Part shown: in pieces, positions 53,817 through 62,597 of the stretch
Layout: every line of letters starts with the position of its first letter
Position numbering within the stretch: the first letter of the stretch is position 1
Source: a virus
IMG/VR virus record: IMGVR_UViG_3300023708_001015
Direction: 5' to 3' (one strand)
Length of the DNA stretch: 64,000 bases
The notes under the pieces: model-generated
Told to the model about the DNA's origin: nothing
The model's database searches: none
Seen by the model: the letters and a program-made list of their open reading frames with translations, nothing else
Position numbers and translations under genes: made by a program

Positions 53817-54217
53817 TTAGTCTTCTTCCTTGTTGTGGAGCCAGTCGAACTCTTCGGCTTCGCTGGAGAGGATGGCGTCGTTTTTCTTGTACTCTTCGTA
53901 GCAGTCTTTGCAGACACTTTTGAAGGCAACGGCTTTTTGCCAACCGTCTTCGTTGATCTCCCACTCTTTGGTGGCGATGTTGTAGGTGTCTTCGATTTCT
54001 TGGACTTGGTGTCCGCAACTGGCGATGATAGACATTCGTCTGGGTCTCCTAACATTAGATGGTTGTAAATACGTTCATTGATTTCTTCAACATCGTATTT
54101 AGAACCGAGTCTATCCTCGAATGCTTTCCACGATTTTAAATTGTATCCACGACACGGAACCTTTAACTCAAAGCCAGAAGGTAACGTGACGTGAAGAACA
54201 AAGAACTTGTCTCTCAT
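53813..54217 (-). CDS. Hypothetical protein whose C-terminal half overprints the next gene
   Basis: Globular-looking first 61 aa, then a K/S/T/P-rich extension overlapping 53817-54035. Confidence 0.5.
   Translation of the reverse strand: MRDKFFVLHVTLPSGFELKVPCRGYNLKSWKAFEDRLGSKYDVEEINERIYNHLMLGDPDECLSSPVADTKSKKSKTPTTSPPKSGRSTKTVGKKPLPSKVSAKTATKSTRKTTPSSPAKPKSSTGSTTRKKTK
53817..54035 (-). CDS. Small Zn-binding hypothetical protein
   Basis: SCGH...CKDC. Confidence 0.6.
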   Translation of the reverse strand: MSIIASCGHQVQEIEDTYNIATKEWEINEDGWQKAVAFKSVCKDCYEEYKKNDAILSSEAEEFDWLHNKEED

Positions 54218-54221
54218 TTAA

Positions 54222-54542
54222 TTACTGCAGACCCCACCACTTACCAGCACCATCTTCATAGATGTCGTCTTTGGTATTCAGGTACATCTTGTCACCGTCC
54301 ACTGGATCGATAACGAATGGAGTAGAACCATCGAACTGTCGAGTCAGCATGCCAACGATAGGTACACCGTTGATATTCAGACCAGTCGTTGCTGGTGCAT
54401 CAGTCGTAGTTGTAGTAGTGGTAGTTGTAGTCGTTACAACTTCCTCATCATAATCCCATGGACCCACGGCATAACTCCTCATAATAGAAACAGTGATAAT
54501 AAGAAAGAACAGAATCAGGACGATAAAAAGAAGTGCGCTCAT
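54222..54542 (-). CDS. Membrane-anchored protein with a poly-Thr linker
   Basis: N-terminal TM segment; TTTTTTTTTT. Confidence 0.65.
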   Translation of the reverse strand: MSALLFIVLILFFLIITVSIMRSYAVGPWDYDEEVVTTTTTTTTTTTDAPATTGLNINGVPIVGMLTRQFDGSTPFVIDPVDGDKMYLNTKDDIYEDGAGKWWGLQ

Positions 54543-55213
54543 GCTAAAATTCCAATCAAGATAATAAACAAAATAATTGCCAAGAAACCAAGCAATACCA
54601 TACCAACAATGTCACCAGCAGATGGACCAGATTGAATCACAACTGGTTGTGGTTGTACTTGTGTGGCACCAGCATCAGCAGGAACAGGTTGTGCAACCAT
54701 ACCACCATTCATTGCAGTGAACTGACCATTTTGGTAGACACCGACTTGGTAGCCTTGTTGGTTCACAACACGACCATCTGGATACAAGAGTGCGTTGTTA
54801 CTGTATTGACCTGGACCAACGTACATAACTGTGTTGTGTGGGTGCATCATATTCGCAATGATCATACCAGTCAACAGTCCGTTATTGTAGCCGTAACCCA
54901 TACCCCAACCACCGTACATCATGCCACCGCCGATATATGGAGAGTTGTAGTGGTAATAGTTACCAGTTGAACTACGTGATGCAGTGGTAGTAGTTGTAGT
55001 TGTGGTAGTCGTGCGAGGTGCAGCTACTGGAGCAGATGGGCGAGATCCAACACCAGCAGAAGACGAGAAGCCACCACGACTGCCAGCAGAAGATGATGCA
55101 TGACCACCGCCACCACCGTGTCCGCCACCACCAGATGAGCCTCCACCTTTAGCGTCGGCAACGTTGGCTACCAACATCAAACTAACAGCGAGGACAGCGA
55201 GAAATTTCTTCAT
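54539..55213 (-). CDS. Exported Gly/Ser/Thr-rich membrane protein
   Basis: Signal peptide, GGGGHGGGGGH, poly-Thr, C-terminal TM segment. Confidence 0.7.
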   Translation of the reverse strand: MKKFLAVLAVSLMLVANVADAKGGGSSGGGGHGGGGGHASSSAGSRGGFSSSAGVGSRPSAPVAAPRTTTTTTTTTTASRSSTGNYYHYNSPYIGGGMMYGGWGMGYGYNNGLLTGMIIANMMHPHNTVMYVGPGQYSNNALLYPDGRVVNQQGYQVGVYQNGQFTAMNGGMVAQPVPADAGATQVQPQPVVIQSGPSAGDIVGMVLLGFLAIILFIILIGILA

Positions 55214-55240
55214 GATAATTTTCCAAGTTTCGATAAGTTA

Positions 55241-55269
55241 ATTATACCCCAAGTCTTATTGCAAGACAA
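55241..55269 (-). promoter_or_regulatory. Sigma70-like promoter
   Basis: TTGTCT-17-TATAAT. Confidence 0.7.
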
Positions 55270-55279
55270 GGGGAACTGA

Positions 55280-56326
55280 TCACAGAGCCAAGTAGTTGTA
55301 ACCAGTGCTCTTGGCACGAGTCAAGATACAAACAGCGTTGTCCACTTGGTAGACGAATCGACCTTCTGTTGCGTCGACTTTGATGATGTTGTTTGGTGTG
55401 AATGTCACATCCTTGTACTCAGCGTCATCGTTCTCTGGTTCTGGATCCCATTCACAGTAGATGATACCAACCAATGGATTGCCAGACCACTTCTTGCGAG
55501 CATCGACTTCAACACCATCAACCAACACTTTGCATTCAAACTCACCATTGTTGTTGAACTCTGGTTTAGCGTTCAGCATAGATAATGCATCTTGTGGTGT
55601 TTCACCGTAGCGATTCATTTCTTCAACCAATGCTTTCAGCATGTCGAAGTTGAATTGTTCGAACAAAGAAGCGATCTCCACGATCTTATCGATGTAGCCT
55701 TTGTTGTCCAAACGTTCATCGCAGTACTCACGAATGAAGTCAGAGTCCAAACCTTTAAAGTCGATCATGTAGTAGATACGACCTGGACGGTTGCGCATGT
55801 GCTCATTGACACGCCACTTATCATTACAAGTCAAGATGAACAATTTGCGAGAAGGGAACACGCCATCCAACAGAGTCAGAGCAGCTTCTTGTTCAGAAGC
55901 ATCATAAACTTTCTCGAACTCATCAAACAAGATGATACATGGTTGTTCGATATCCTGCATAAACTTGTTGAAGGCATCACCAGTCCAAGCAGCGTTGATG
56001 ATGATAGTTGGAACACCTTGCTTTGCAGCTTCGATGGACAGAGTCTTGGCCAACAGAGTCTTGCCAGAACCCTTCTCACCATTCAGCATAATGCCAGTAG
56101 AGTTAGGGCGATCGAAGAATGTATTCAAGATACGATCTGCGTGTCGAGTTGTATTTCCATACAACTTTGGAACTTGAGGGAACGAGTCCACCATTTCCAA
56201 GAAGAACTGACCAGTCATCTCGTTGCGTTTGACGGTGTAATTACCGACAGGCAACGTTGGCTGCAGATCCATTGCTTCCTCTGACACGACAGAGTACATA
56301 TTACCATTACGAATAAAGTGAGACAT
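55280..56326 (-). CDS. AAA+ ATPase
   Basis: GEKGSGKT; ILFDEFEK; LLDG...FILTCN...NRPGRIYY. Confidence 0.88.
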   Translation of the reverse strand: MSHFIRNGNMYSVVSEEAMDLQPTLPVGNYTVKRNEMTGQFFLEMVDSFPQVPKLYGNTTRHADRILNTFFDRPNSTGIMLNGEKGSGKTLLAKTLSIEAAKQGVPTIIINAAWTGDAFNKFMQDIEQPCIILFDEFEKVYDASEQEAALTLLDGVFPSRKLFILTCNDKWRVNEHMRNRPGRIYYMIDFKGLDSDFIREYCDERLDNKGYIDKIVEIASLFEQFNFDMLKALVEEMNRYGETPQDALSMLNAKPEFNNNGEFECKVLVDGVEVDARKKWSGNPLVGIIYCEWDPEPENDDAEYKDVTFTPNNIIKVDATEGRFVYQVDNAVCILTRAKSTGYNYLAL

Positions 56327-56351
56327 TCAATTTCCTTAAAACAATACCAAA

Positions 56352-56380
56352 ATTATACTACAAGATTCACTGCAAGACAA
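56352..56380 (-). promoter_or_regulatory. Sigma70-like promoter
   Basis: TTGTCT-17-TATAAT. Confidence 0.7.
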
Positions 56381-57433
56381 TCATTTTTCACCAAGCAGAT
56401 ACTTGTTAGAGATAGCTTTCATGCTCATGCCACCATCGACTTGCTTGAATACAACACCTTCACGTTCAACATCTGCAAGAGTAGACTTACCTTCAGCAAA
56501 CGCCAGCATCTGTGGGATGTCGGTTAGACCAAGAGTATCGTACATGTCAGCAGAAGCTGCAAGAACAGGCGCATGCTTCAGACCCATCTGTTCGATCAGA
56601 CGACGACGAGCCTGTGGCAGCATGTATTCACCAGCTTGGATGTTGTATACATCGAACACACGGAACTCACATTCTTTCAGATTGTAGATGTTGCCTTGAA
56701 TTCCTGGTCCAATCAATTCACCTTGGATAGCGAAGTCCCAGTACTCATCAACAGCCATCATCTTTTCTTGGATACCTTCCTTGCGAGCAGTAGCCCAGAA
56801 AGAGTTACCTTCGGTTTCTTTCAGATCCATGTTACGAGAGCAGACACCAAATTCACCTTTGATCTGGTACACAGTCATTGAAGAGCCTTCCAGCTTCTCA
56901 GTCACCTCGAACTTCAGACCAGCTTCATTGGCAGCAACGATTTCTTTCTTCAGGTTCTGGCAACGCTCTTGATCAGTCTTTGGAATCAGAGATGGAAAGT
57001 TACCTTTACACACACCAGCAAGTTGGGCGTTCATTGGCTTTTCCCACTTCTTGATGCCAAGCAATTCAGTCAGGTCAGCACCTTCTTCAGCGCAAATTTC
57101 TCCAAAAATCTGACCACCAACATGATCATAGATTTCAGAAAGTGGCATCAGCAGACCTTGAGACAGTTGGCCACGCAGTTTGATAGTGCGCAGACGTTCA
57201 CCCTTGACACCTTCGAACTCACGTGGCTCTTTACCTTTAGACAGGAATGGAGCAAGTTCAGTCGGGATCCAAGAATCGATCTCAAAGTACACAGCAAAGT
57301 TACCGACATTGTAGAGACCCTTCTGAGCCACTACCTTCCAACCACCGATGACAGCACACTCAATGGCATCTGCACCTTCGATGGGGTTCAGTTCATCAAT
57401 ACGACGAATAGTAGCAAGTTTACGCATTTTCAA
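56381..57433 (-). CDS. RNA ligase (Rnl2/DRB0094 type)
   Basis: MRKLATIRRI..PIEGADAIE...TEKLEGSS (motif I)...QGELIG...EREGVVFK...KAISNKYL. Confidence 0.9.
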   Translation of the reverse strand: MKMRKLATIRRIDELNPIEGADAIECAVIGGWKVVAQKGLYNVGNFAVYFEIDSWIPTELAPFLSKGKEPREFEGVKGERLRTIKLRGQLSQGLLMPLSEIYDHVGGQIFGEICAEEGADLTELLGIKKWEKPMNAQLAGVCKGNFPSLIPKTDQERCQNLKKEIVAANEAGLKFEVTEKLEGSSMTVYQIKGEFGVCSRNMDLKETEGNSFWATARKEGIQEKMMAVDEYWDFAIQGELIGPGIQGNIYNLKECEFRVFDVYNIQAGEYMLPQARRRLIEQMGLKHAPVLAASADMYDTLGLTDIPQMLAFAEGKSTLADVEREGVVFKQVDGGMSMKAISNKYLLGEK

Positions 57434-57776
57434 TTTCCTTCATAACAAATAAATTTTGTGGTACTGGACCAAACAACGAATACAATTGTCTACTTGATGT
57501 AGACGCCACAGCGAGTTTCATACTCTTCTTGGCAGCTTGTGTCTTGTAATAATCACGGGCAATTCTGTTGCGAACGGCACCACGACTATTGTTACACTGA
57601 TAACAAGCAGCGACTAGGTTAGACGAACATTCAATCTTACGATGTTTCGGGCTAGACCATTTATCAACCAAGTGCTCAATGGTCGCTTGGTTTGGAGACT
57701 TATTAGTCTGGTTCATTTCGCAGTTACAGTAATAGCACTTATTACTCTGCCGTGAAATTAAACTAGAGAGAGTCAT
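57420..57776 (-). CDS. HNH endonuclease
   Basis: CYYC...TIEHLV...NLVAACYQCNNSRG. Confidence 0.85.
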   Translation of the reverse strand: MTLSSLISRQSNKCYYCNCEMNQTNKSPNQATIEHLVDKWSSPKHRKIECSSNLVAACYQCNNSRGAVRNRIARDYYKTQAAKKSMKLAVASTSSRQLYSLFGPVPQNLFVMKEIENA

Positions 57777-58000
57777 CAGTACGCCACTCCGTAAGCATAG
57801 AACTTACCATTATCGTACTGACCAGTTTCCCAGCTAACACGACGATTACCGCAGTCGCAGCGACGATCCACTCCATCCCAACCATCGCAGACTACATCTT
57901 CATCGTAGTCCATACAGTTTTGACCTTCAAACTCATCCACACCACCAGCATCAATGCCAGCTTGGATGGCTTCCTCAGCAGTATTATATCCTTGGCTCAT
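57776..58000 (-). CDS. Small Cys-rich hypothetical protein
   Basis: CDGWDGVDRRCDCGNRRVSW. Confidence 0.65.
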   Translation of the reverse strand: MSQGYNTAEEAIQAGIDAGGVDEFEGQNCMDYDEDVVCDGWDGVDRRCDCGNRRVSWETGQYDNGKFYAYGVAY

Positions 58001-58009
58001 GATAACTCC

Positions 58010-58399
58010 TTAGTTCTTGTACAAGATTGCAGTTTGTGGATAAGTCACACCAGTGGTAGCAGGGAGCAGAACATTACTACCATTTACATTATACACTACA
58101 TAAGTGAAGTGTTTGTCAACGTAACTCTTACCAGACCTTTCCTTGTAGCCTTCAGCTTCGAAACCGACGAATGTAGCAGTCACCTTCTCATTTACGAACG
58201 TCTTTGGTGTCTGATCAGTCCAGCTATACGAAACGAAATAAGCAAGGACACAAGTCACAGTAGCCACGAAGAACCACTGAAAGAACAACTCAGCTTCATT
58301 CATCAACACAACGAGGGTGATAAAGATGCAGAGACCGACGATGATACCGAATCCAGTATGGTCAGCAGGGATAGTGGCGAGAGGGTTAAAGCTATACAT
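58010..58399 (-). CDS. Two-TM membrane protein
   Basis: Two hydrophobic segments; first gene after the 58.4 kb cassette. Confidence 0.6.
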   Translation of the reverse strand: MYSFNPLATIPADHTGFGIIVGLCIFITLVVLMNEAELFFQWFFVATVTCVLAYFVSYSWTDQTPKTFVNEKVTATFVGFEAEGYKERSGKSYVDKHFTYVVYNVNGSNVLLPATTGVTYPQTAILYKN

Positions 58400-58410
58400 T
58401 TGGGTCTTTC

Positions 58411-58516
58411 TTTCCTAATCAACTGTAGTTATTATACAGTAACTATGCAAGATGTCAACAACTAAATGAAATAACCCCACACGAAGTGGGGTCATTAAAG
58501 TAATACCTAAGGTTTA
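58411..58516 (-). promoter_or_regulatory. Terminator-promoter cassette
   Basis: AAAAGTAAACC-TTA-GGTATTACTTT hairpin; AATGACCCCAC...GTGGGGTTATT hairpin; TTGACA-16-TATAAT (58458-58431); ACTACAGTTGATTAGGA leader. Confidence 0.75.
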
Positions 58517-59914
58517 CTTTTTAGCGTTGGCTCGAACCTCTGCGAAGTCGTATTCACGGATGATCTGACCATCACGGAACACGGTCTGCATAGCCTCTGT
58601 CCAGCCTCCGAAGCCTCGATCAGTCCAACCAGCAGGTGGTTTAACACCAGAGGCGAACTCACCTCCAGAATTGGTCCAGAGGGTCACTCGACCGCCTTTA
58701 GAACGCTTTCCAGAGTCGGTTACAGGGTCTTTTACAACGTCCTGCCACACGCCATTGATCTGGATAGACGAACACTTCATAGCGAATCGTTGTGTATCTC
58801 GGTTGACGATCTGGAGCAATGCACCACCCATACCGAACGCAATGTTATCAGCAGACCAACCCATTGCCATGAAGGCACCAAGGATGGAACGGATGGACAA
58901 TTCGTTCACACCGTCACCTTGGATCAAGCGAACATTGTTCAACACTTTGAATCCTTTGGCGTTGGTTGTGTAACCGAACTTCTGACCAAGAATCTCGATC
59001 AATTGACGGTTAACAGCAACAGGGTCACCAGAGTCAGGACGAATCACAACAGTGGCACCAGAAGCAATCACTTCGTCACGCAGTTCTTCACCCCACAGTT
59101 TTGATGCAGCATTGAACACGTCATAGCTATCAGACACAACAGCGAGGATGGAACCTTCACGACCGAATTGCTTCAGCATGTTACGGTATGCATCTACTTC
59201 ACCATCACGACCCCAAGATGTTACAGTGCTGTGCTCAGCTGCAGGAATTGAGAACCCTGCGATACCAGCGTTATAATACTCACGAGCATAGAGCAAACCA
59301 GTAATAGTATCAGTGCCCATGAAGTTGACCAAGTGAGCCGCACCCCCAATTCCAGCAGACTCAAGGCTAGATACACCACGAGCACCAAAATCGTGCAACT
59401 TAAAATCAATGAGAGCAGGGTCACCAGTTTTCTCCAAGTATTCAGCAATCACTTGCTTGATAGTATAAGACTGGGTTGCCACAGTTGTACCATACCATAC
59501 GGCACGGAGCAATGCAGTTTCCAGATAAGTTGTCAGCCAGAAACATTCTGGGTCTGTGTTTTCGACAGTCGCCAGTACATTCGAGACAGGCACCACAGTA
59601 CCTTCAGGTACAGCACGAATGACCAGAGGCAAGTAGCCTTTGTGCGTATCAAGGATGTATTGCCACCCCTCACGATTAAATGGCTCGCCGTGGGCTGTAA
59701 GAATCTCATCTGCAACATCAATGTCGGCTTGTGTGATGGGGTCAAGTAAATACTCCTTAATGAACGCTTGAAGACCGAACATCAGTGTGCGATCGTATTG
59801 ACCACCACGAGATTCGATATAAGAATAAACGCCAGTTGTACCAGCAGGATATTGTTTGAACATGCTAACTTTGTAGCTGTCTGTGTTCAAGAGGATGTTT
59901 TTTGCGAGTTTCAT
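58514..59914 (-). CDS. nadV: Nicotinamide phosphoribosyltransferase (NAMPT)
   Basis: LNTDSYKVS...KLHDFGARG...SIPAAEHS...VVSDSYD...VIRPDSGDP...IQGDG...FGMGGALLQ. Confidence 0.93.
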   Translation of the reverse strand: MKLAKNILLNTDSYKVSMFKQYPAGTTGVYSYIESRGGQYDRTLMFGLQAFIKEYLLDPITQADIDVADEILTAHGEPFNREGWQYILDTHKGYLPLVIRAVPEGTVVPVSNVLATVENTDPECFWLTTYLETALLRAVWYGTTVATQSYTIKQVIAEYLEKTGDPALIDFKLHDFGARGVSSLESAGIGGAAHLVNFMGTDTITGLLYAREYYNAGIAGFSIPAAEHSTVTSWGRDGEVDAYRNMLKQFGREGSILAVVSDSYDVFNAASKLWGEELRDEVIASGATVVIRPDSGDPVAVNRQLIEILGQKFGYTTNAKGFKVLNNVRLIQGDGVNELSIRSILGAFMAMGWSADNIAFGMGGALLQIVNRDTQRFAMKCSSIQINGVWQDVVKDPVTDSGKRSKGGRVTLWTNSGGEFASGVKPPAGWTDRGFGGWTEAMQTVFRDGQIIREYDFAEVRANAKK

Positions 59915-59930
59915 GATTAGCTCCTAATCT

Positions 59931-60905
59931 TTACAGTTTTGAAAATGCTGGCATTGGAACAACACCAGTTACTTTTGACAAGATGTCTTTGTGGTCGTCA
60001 TACATCTGAATTGTATTCAGTGCATCAGTGAGTGGCACCCACTTACACAAAGCAGCATCGTCGGCACCATTGGCACGTGGCAACGAGAAATCAGGATTTG
60101 GATTGATTCTCATATACACAGCCATAGTGTTTCGGGGAATACCGAATGAACGACTTGGATCATCGAACAATTCAGTCTTCACGATAGAGCCACGGAGAAC
60201 TTTCTCTGGAACTCTAACATTGGTTTCTTCGATCAATTCACGAATGGCACAATCGAGGAATGTCTCACGTTGATTACGAAAACCACCTGGAAGAGCCCAT
60301 GCTCCAGCACCTGGTGCGAACTTGCGTTGGATAAGCAACACATGTCCTTGGCATTCCAGAATCGCATCAGAGCAGTTGAAGTTCAAAGTCTCTGGGAATG
60401 GATAGTTGGCGAAAGTTGTTTTCTCTTTTTGGTAGAATGCGTAGTCAGCTTGAACAGTTGCAGGCATGTCTGGATCTTTCAGATCGAACATACGCTGGCG
60501 AACCATCGTAGCGTTCACGTTGTACTGTGACTCAATACTCTTGAATGGCCAGTCAGGGAACCATGTCAGATAGTTGTTACCTTCTTTCATGTGACCGAAC
60601 AGAGTTGGAACGCCCATGTCATAGTGTTCAACAGTGGCACGAACGTCCGACATCCATTGTGAGTCAGAGTAGCGATAGTCGTTTAGTGGGAGAATCTCAT
60701 AATTCGAGATGTTGACATTACGCAGTTTGCTACGTAACATTGATACACGCTCTTGGAATGTCCAAGGGTTTTTGATTGATCGACATTGATTCGCAGAACC
60801 AACGAGGATGTAGAGTTTATCTACTTGAGAAGCGGCAATGCCCAGTGCGTGGACATGACCAGTGTGAACGGGTTGAAAACGTCCGATAAAAATTCCATTT
60901 TTCAT
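59931..60905 (-). CDS. natV: Bifunctional NMN adenylyltransferase / Nudix ADP-ribose pyrophosphatase (NadM-Nudix, NatV-like)
   Basis: GRFQPVHTGH (HxGH); WALPGGF...E...CAIRELIEET (Nudix box); GADDA. Confidence 0.9.
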   Translation of the reverse strand: MKNGIFIGRFQPVHTGHVHALGIAASQVDKLYILVGSANQCRSIKNPWTFQERVSMLRSKLRNVNISNYEILPLNDYRYSDSQWMSDVRATVEHYDMGVPTLFGHMKEGNNYLTWFPDWPFKSIESQYNVNATMVRQRMFDLKDPDMPATVQADYAFYQKEKTTFANYPFPETLNFNCSDAILECQGHVLLIQRKFAPGAGAWALPGGFRNQRETFLDCAIRELIEETNVRVPEKVLRGSIVKTELFDDPSRSFGIPRNTMAVYMRINPNPDFSLPRANGADDAALCKWVPLTDALNTIQMYDDHKDILSKVTGVVPMPAFSKL

Positions 60906-60962
60906 TTTCTTAGCTCCTAAGAATTCATTCTAGAGTCTGACTACCAGACTCTTTGTTTATAT

Positions 60963-60991
60963 ATCTTACTCCAAAACTATCTGCAAGTCAA
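60963..60991 (-). promoter_or_regulatory. Sigma70-like promoter of the NAD salvage pair
   Basis: TTGACT-17-TAAGAT. Confidence 0.55.
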
Positions 60992-61452
60992 GTAGTAATT
61001 TTCTCAAAAGAGGCAACACGAGCCTTGATTTCCATGTAGAAGGTTTGGTACTTAGCGATTCGAGCGATATCCTTCTCAGTCACACCCTTCAACCGACGGA
61101 TATCGGTATTGTGTCGCAAGTCAGCCATCTTAACACGCATGGCGTCGTAGTTGGAGAACACGCCAGTCTTGTACTCTTCGTAAGTCTGGCCACGTTGCTT
61201 TGTCAAGCACTGTAGACCTTTGATTACTCGCTCAGAGATGCCAGCATCACGTAGATCTTGGTAAGTCACATCAGTGTCTTCAATCACGTCATGACCAAGA
61301 GCCATGCACATCAGTTCTTCGTCGTCAGACTTCAGGTAGTGCATCACTTTCAAAGGATGGAGAATGTAGGGATTTCCACCCTTGTCGAATTGACCGTGAT
61401 GAGCATTAACAGCGATGTTAAGCATTTTGTCGAGCATCTCACCTTTTCTCAT
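60988..61452 (-). CDS. HD-domain (p)ppGpp-hydrolase-like protein
   Basis: AHHGQFDKGGNPYILHP...LGHDVIEDT...VKMADLRHN. Confidence 0.85.
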   Translation of the reverse strand: MRKGEMLDKMLNIAVNAHHGQFDKGGNPYILHPLKVMHYLKSDDEELMCMALGHDVIEDTDVTYQDLRDAGISERVIKGLQCLTKQRGQTYEEYKTGVFSNYDAMRVKMADLRHNTDIRRLKGVTEKDIARIAKYQTFYMEIKARVASFEKITT

Positions 61453-61478
61453 AACCTTCTCTCCTAATCAGTAACTTT

Positions 61479-61507
61479 ATTATACAACAAATATCATAAG
61501 AAGACAA
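61479..61507 (-). promoter_or_regulatory. Sigma70-like promoter
   Basis: TTGTCT-17-TATAAT. Confidence 0.7.
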
Positions 61508-61764
61508 CCAAGCAGACTAATCCCATGACGACAATAAGGGCAATAGAGTCAGCCAGATCCTCTCCAGAACTAATACTTTTGGTTGACTTTAGGTAATCGT
61601 ACCACTTCATTCTGGAACTCCAATAACTTTACAATGTTGGTCTCTCGGGAGACTTTTCTCGCACTGTTGCACAGCTTCTCGGTACTTAGTGTTATTGCTC
61701 CAAGGGCTGTTGAACAACCAAATTGCGATCATAAAGCCCATTAACATCGACCAAAGAACGTCTC

Positions 61765-62259
61765 TCATTCCCACTCTCCTACAGGCACTACGATGCCACC
61801 AGTTGTTACGATACCATTGACCACTTGAGTAGACTCTTCAGAGTCGTAAGTCAAGCCGAGAACCTTCATCATCTTGTGCTTGACAAGCATGTTCGGGATT
61901 CGTAGGCGCTCAGTGGCAGTAAAGCCCATCATTGTAGCCACTTCAGTAACCGCACCTGAGCGACAGATTCCAGCGTGACAGTGGACCACTACGTTCATAG
62001 AATTGTCCAATGCGTATTGGAGCAAGTCAACCAGTTCTTGGGCGTCTGCGTCACTGATGAGACATTCCTCTGGGAAAGTACCATCGTTCTCAGCATCGAG
62101 GAACTCAAAGTGGCGAGACACTACTTTGAATGGGAACTTCGGTGTAGGAAACGTAGATGCAGGATCTCCAATTTGGATCAGCATGGCATTTGGACCAGCA
62201 TCAAAGTGATGGCCATTACGCACAGCGTCCTTGCTTACATTCTCGATCCAGCGAGTCAT
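61765..62259 (-). CDS. Cx5R (tyrosine/dual-specificity) phosphatase-like protein
   Basis: FEFLD...VVVHCHAGICRSGAV...PN. Confidence 0.85.
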   Translation of the reverse strand: MTRWIENVSKDAVRNGHHFDAGPNAMLIQIGDPASTFPTPKFPFKVVSRHFEFLDAENDGTFPEECLISDADAQELVDLLQYALDNSMNVVVHCHAGICRSGAVTEVATMMGFTATERLRIPNMLVKHKMMKVLGLTYDSEESTQVVNGIVTTGGIVVPVGEWE

Positions 62260-62471
62260 TTTGTTACCTTTGATAGTTGTACTTCGAATGAAGACTTGTT
62301 CATTTTGTTGTCGTAGAAGACGAAGGTCTTACCAAGTCCAAGGCTGTTACCCATTTCCTCAGCACAGAGACGCACAGCTGCATTCACAGCGATAGAGTCA
62401 CCCACGCCACGCTTGATGGCAGTAGCTGTTGAATAGAACGAAACTCCATTCACAATCACACGATATTTCAT
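62256..62471 (-). CDS. Hypothetical protein
   Basis: ATGA-coupled ORF. Confidence 0.6.
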   Translation of the reverse strand: MKYRVIVNGVSFYSTATAIKRGVGDSIAVNAAVRLCAEEMGNSLGLGKTFVFYDNKMNKSSFEVQLSKVTK

Positions 62472-62597
62472 ACCATTTCCTCGATTTCTTCACAACAGAT
62501 TACACCACCATTGATAGTGAGATACAACTCAGCTACCGACTTTATATAGAAACACATTACTCGACCAGTCTTTGTAATCAGCACGTATTTCATTCGT

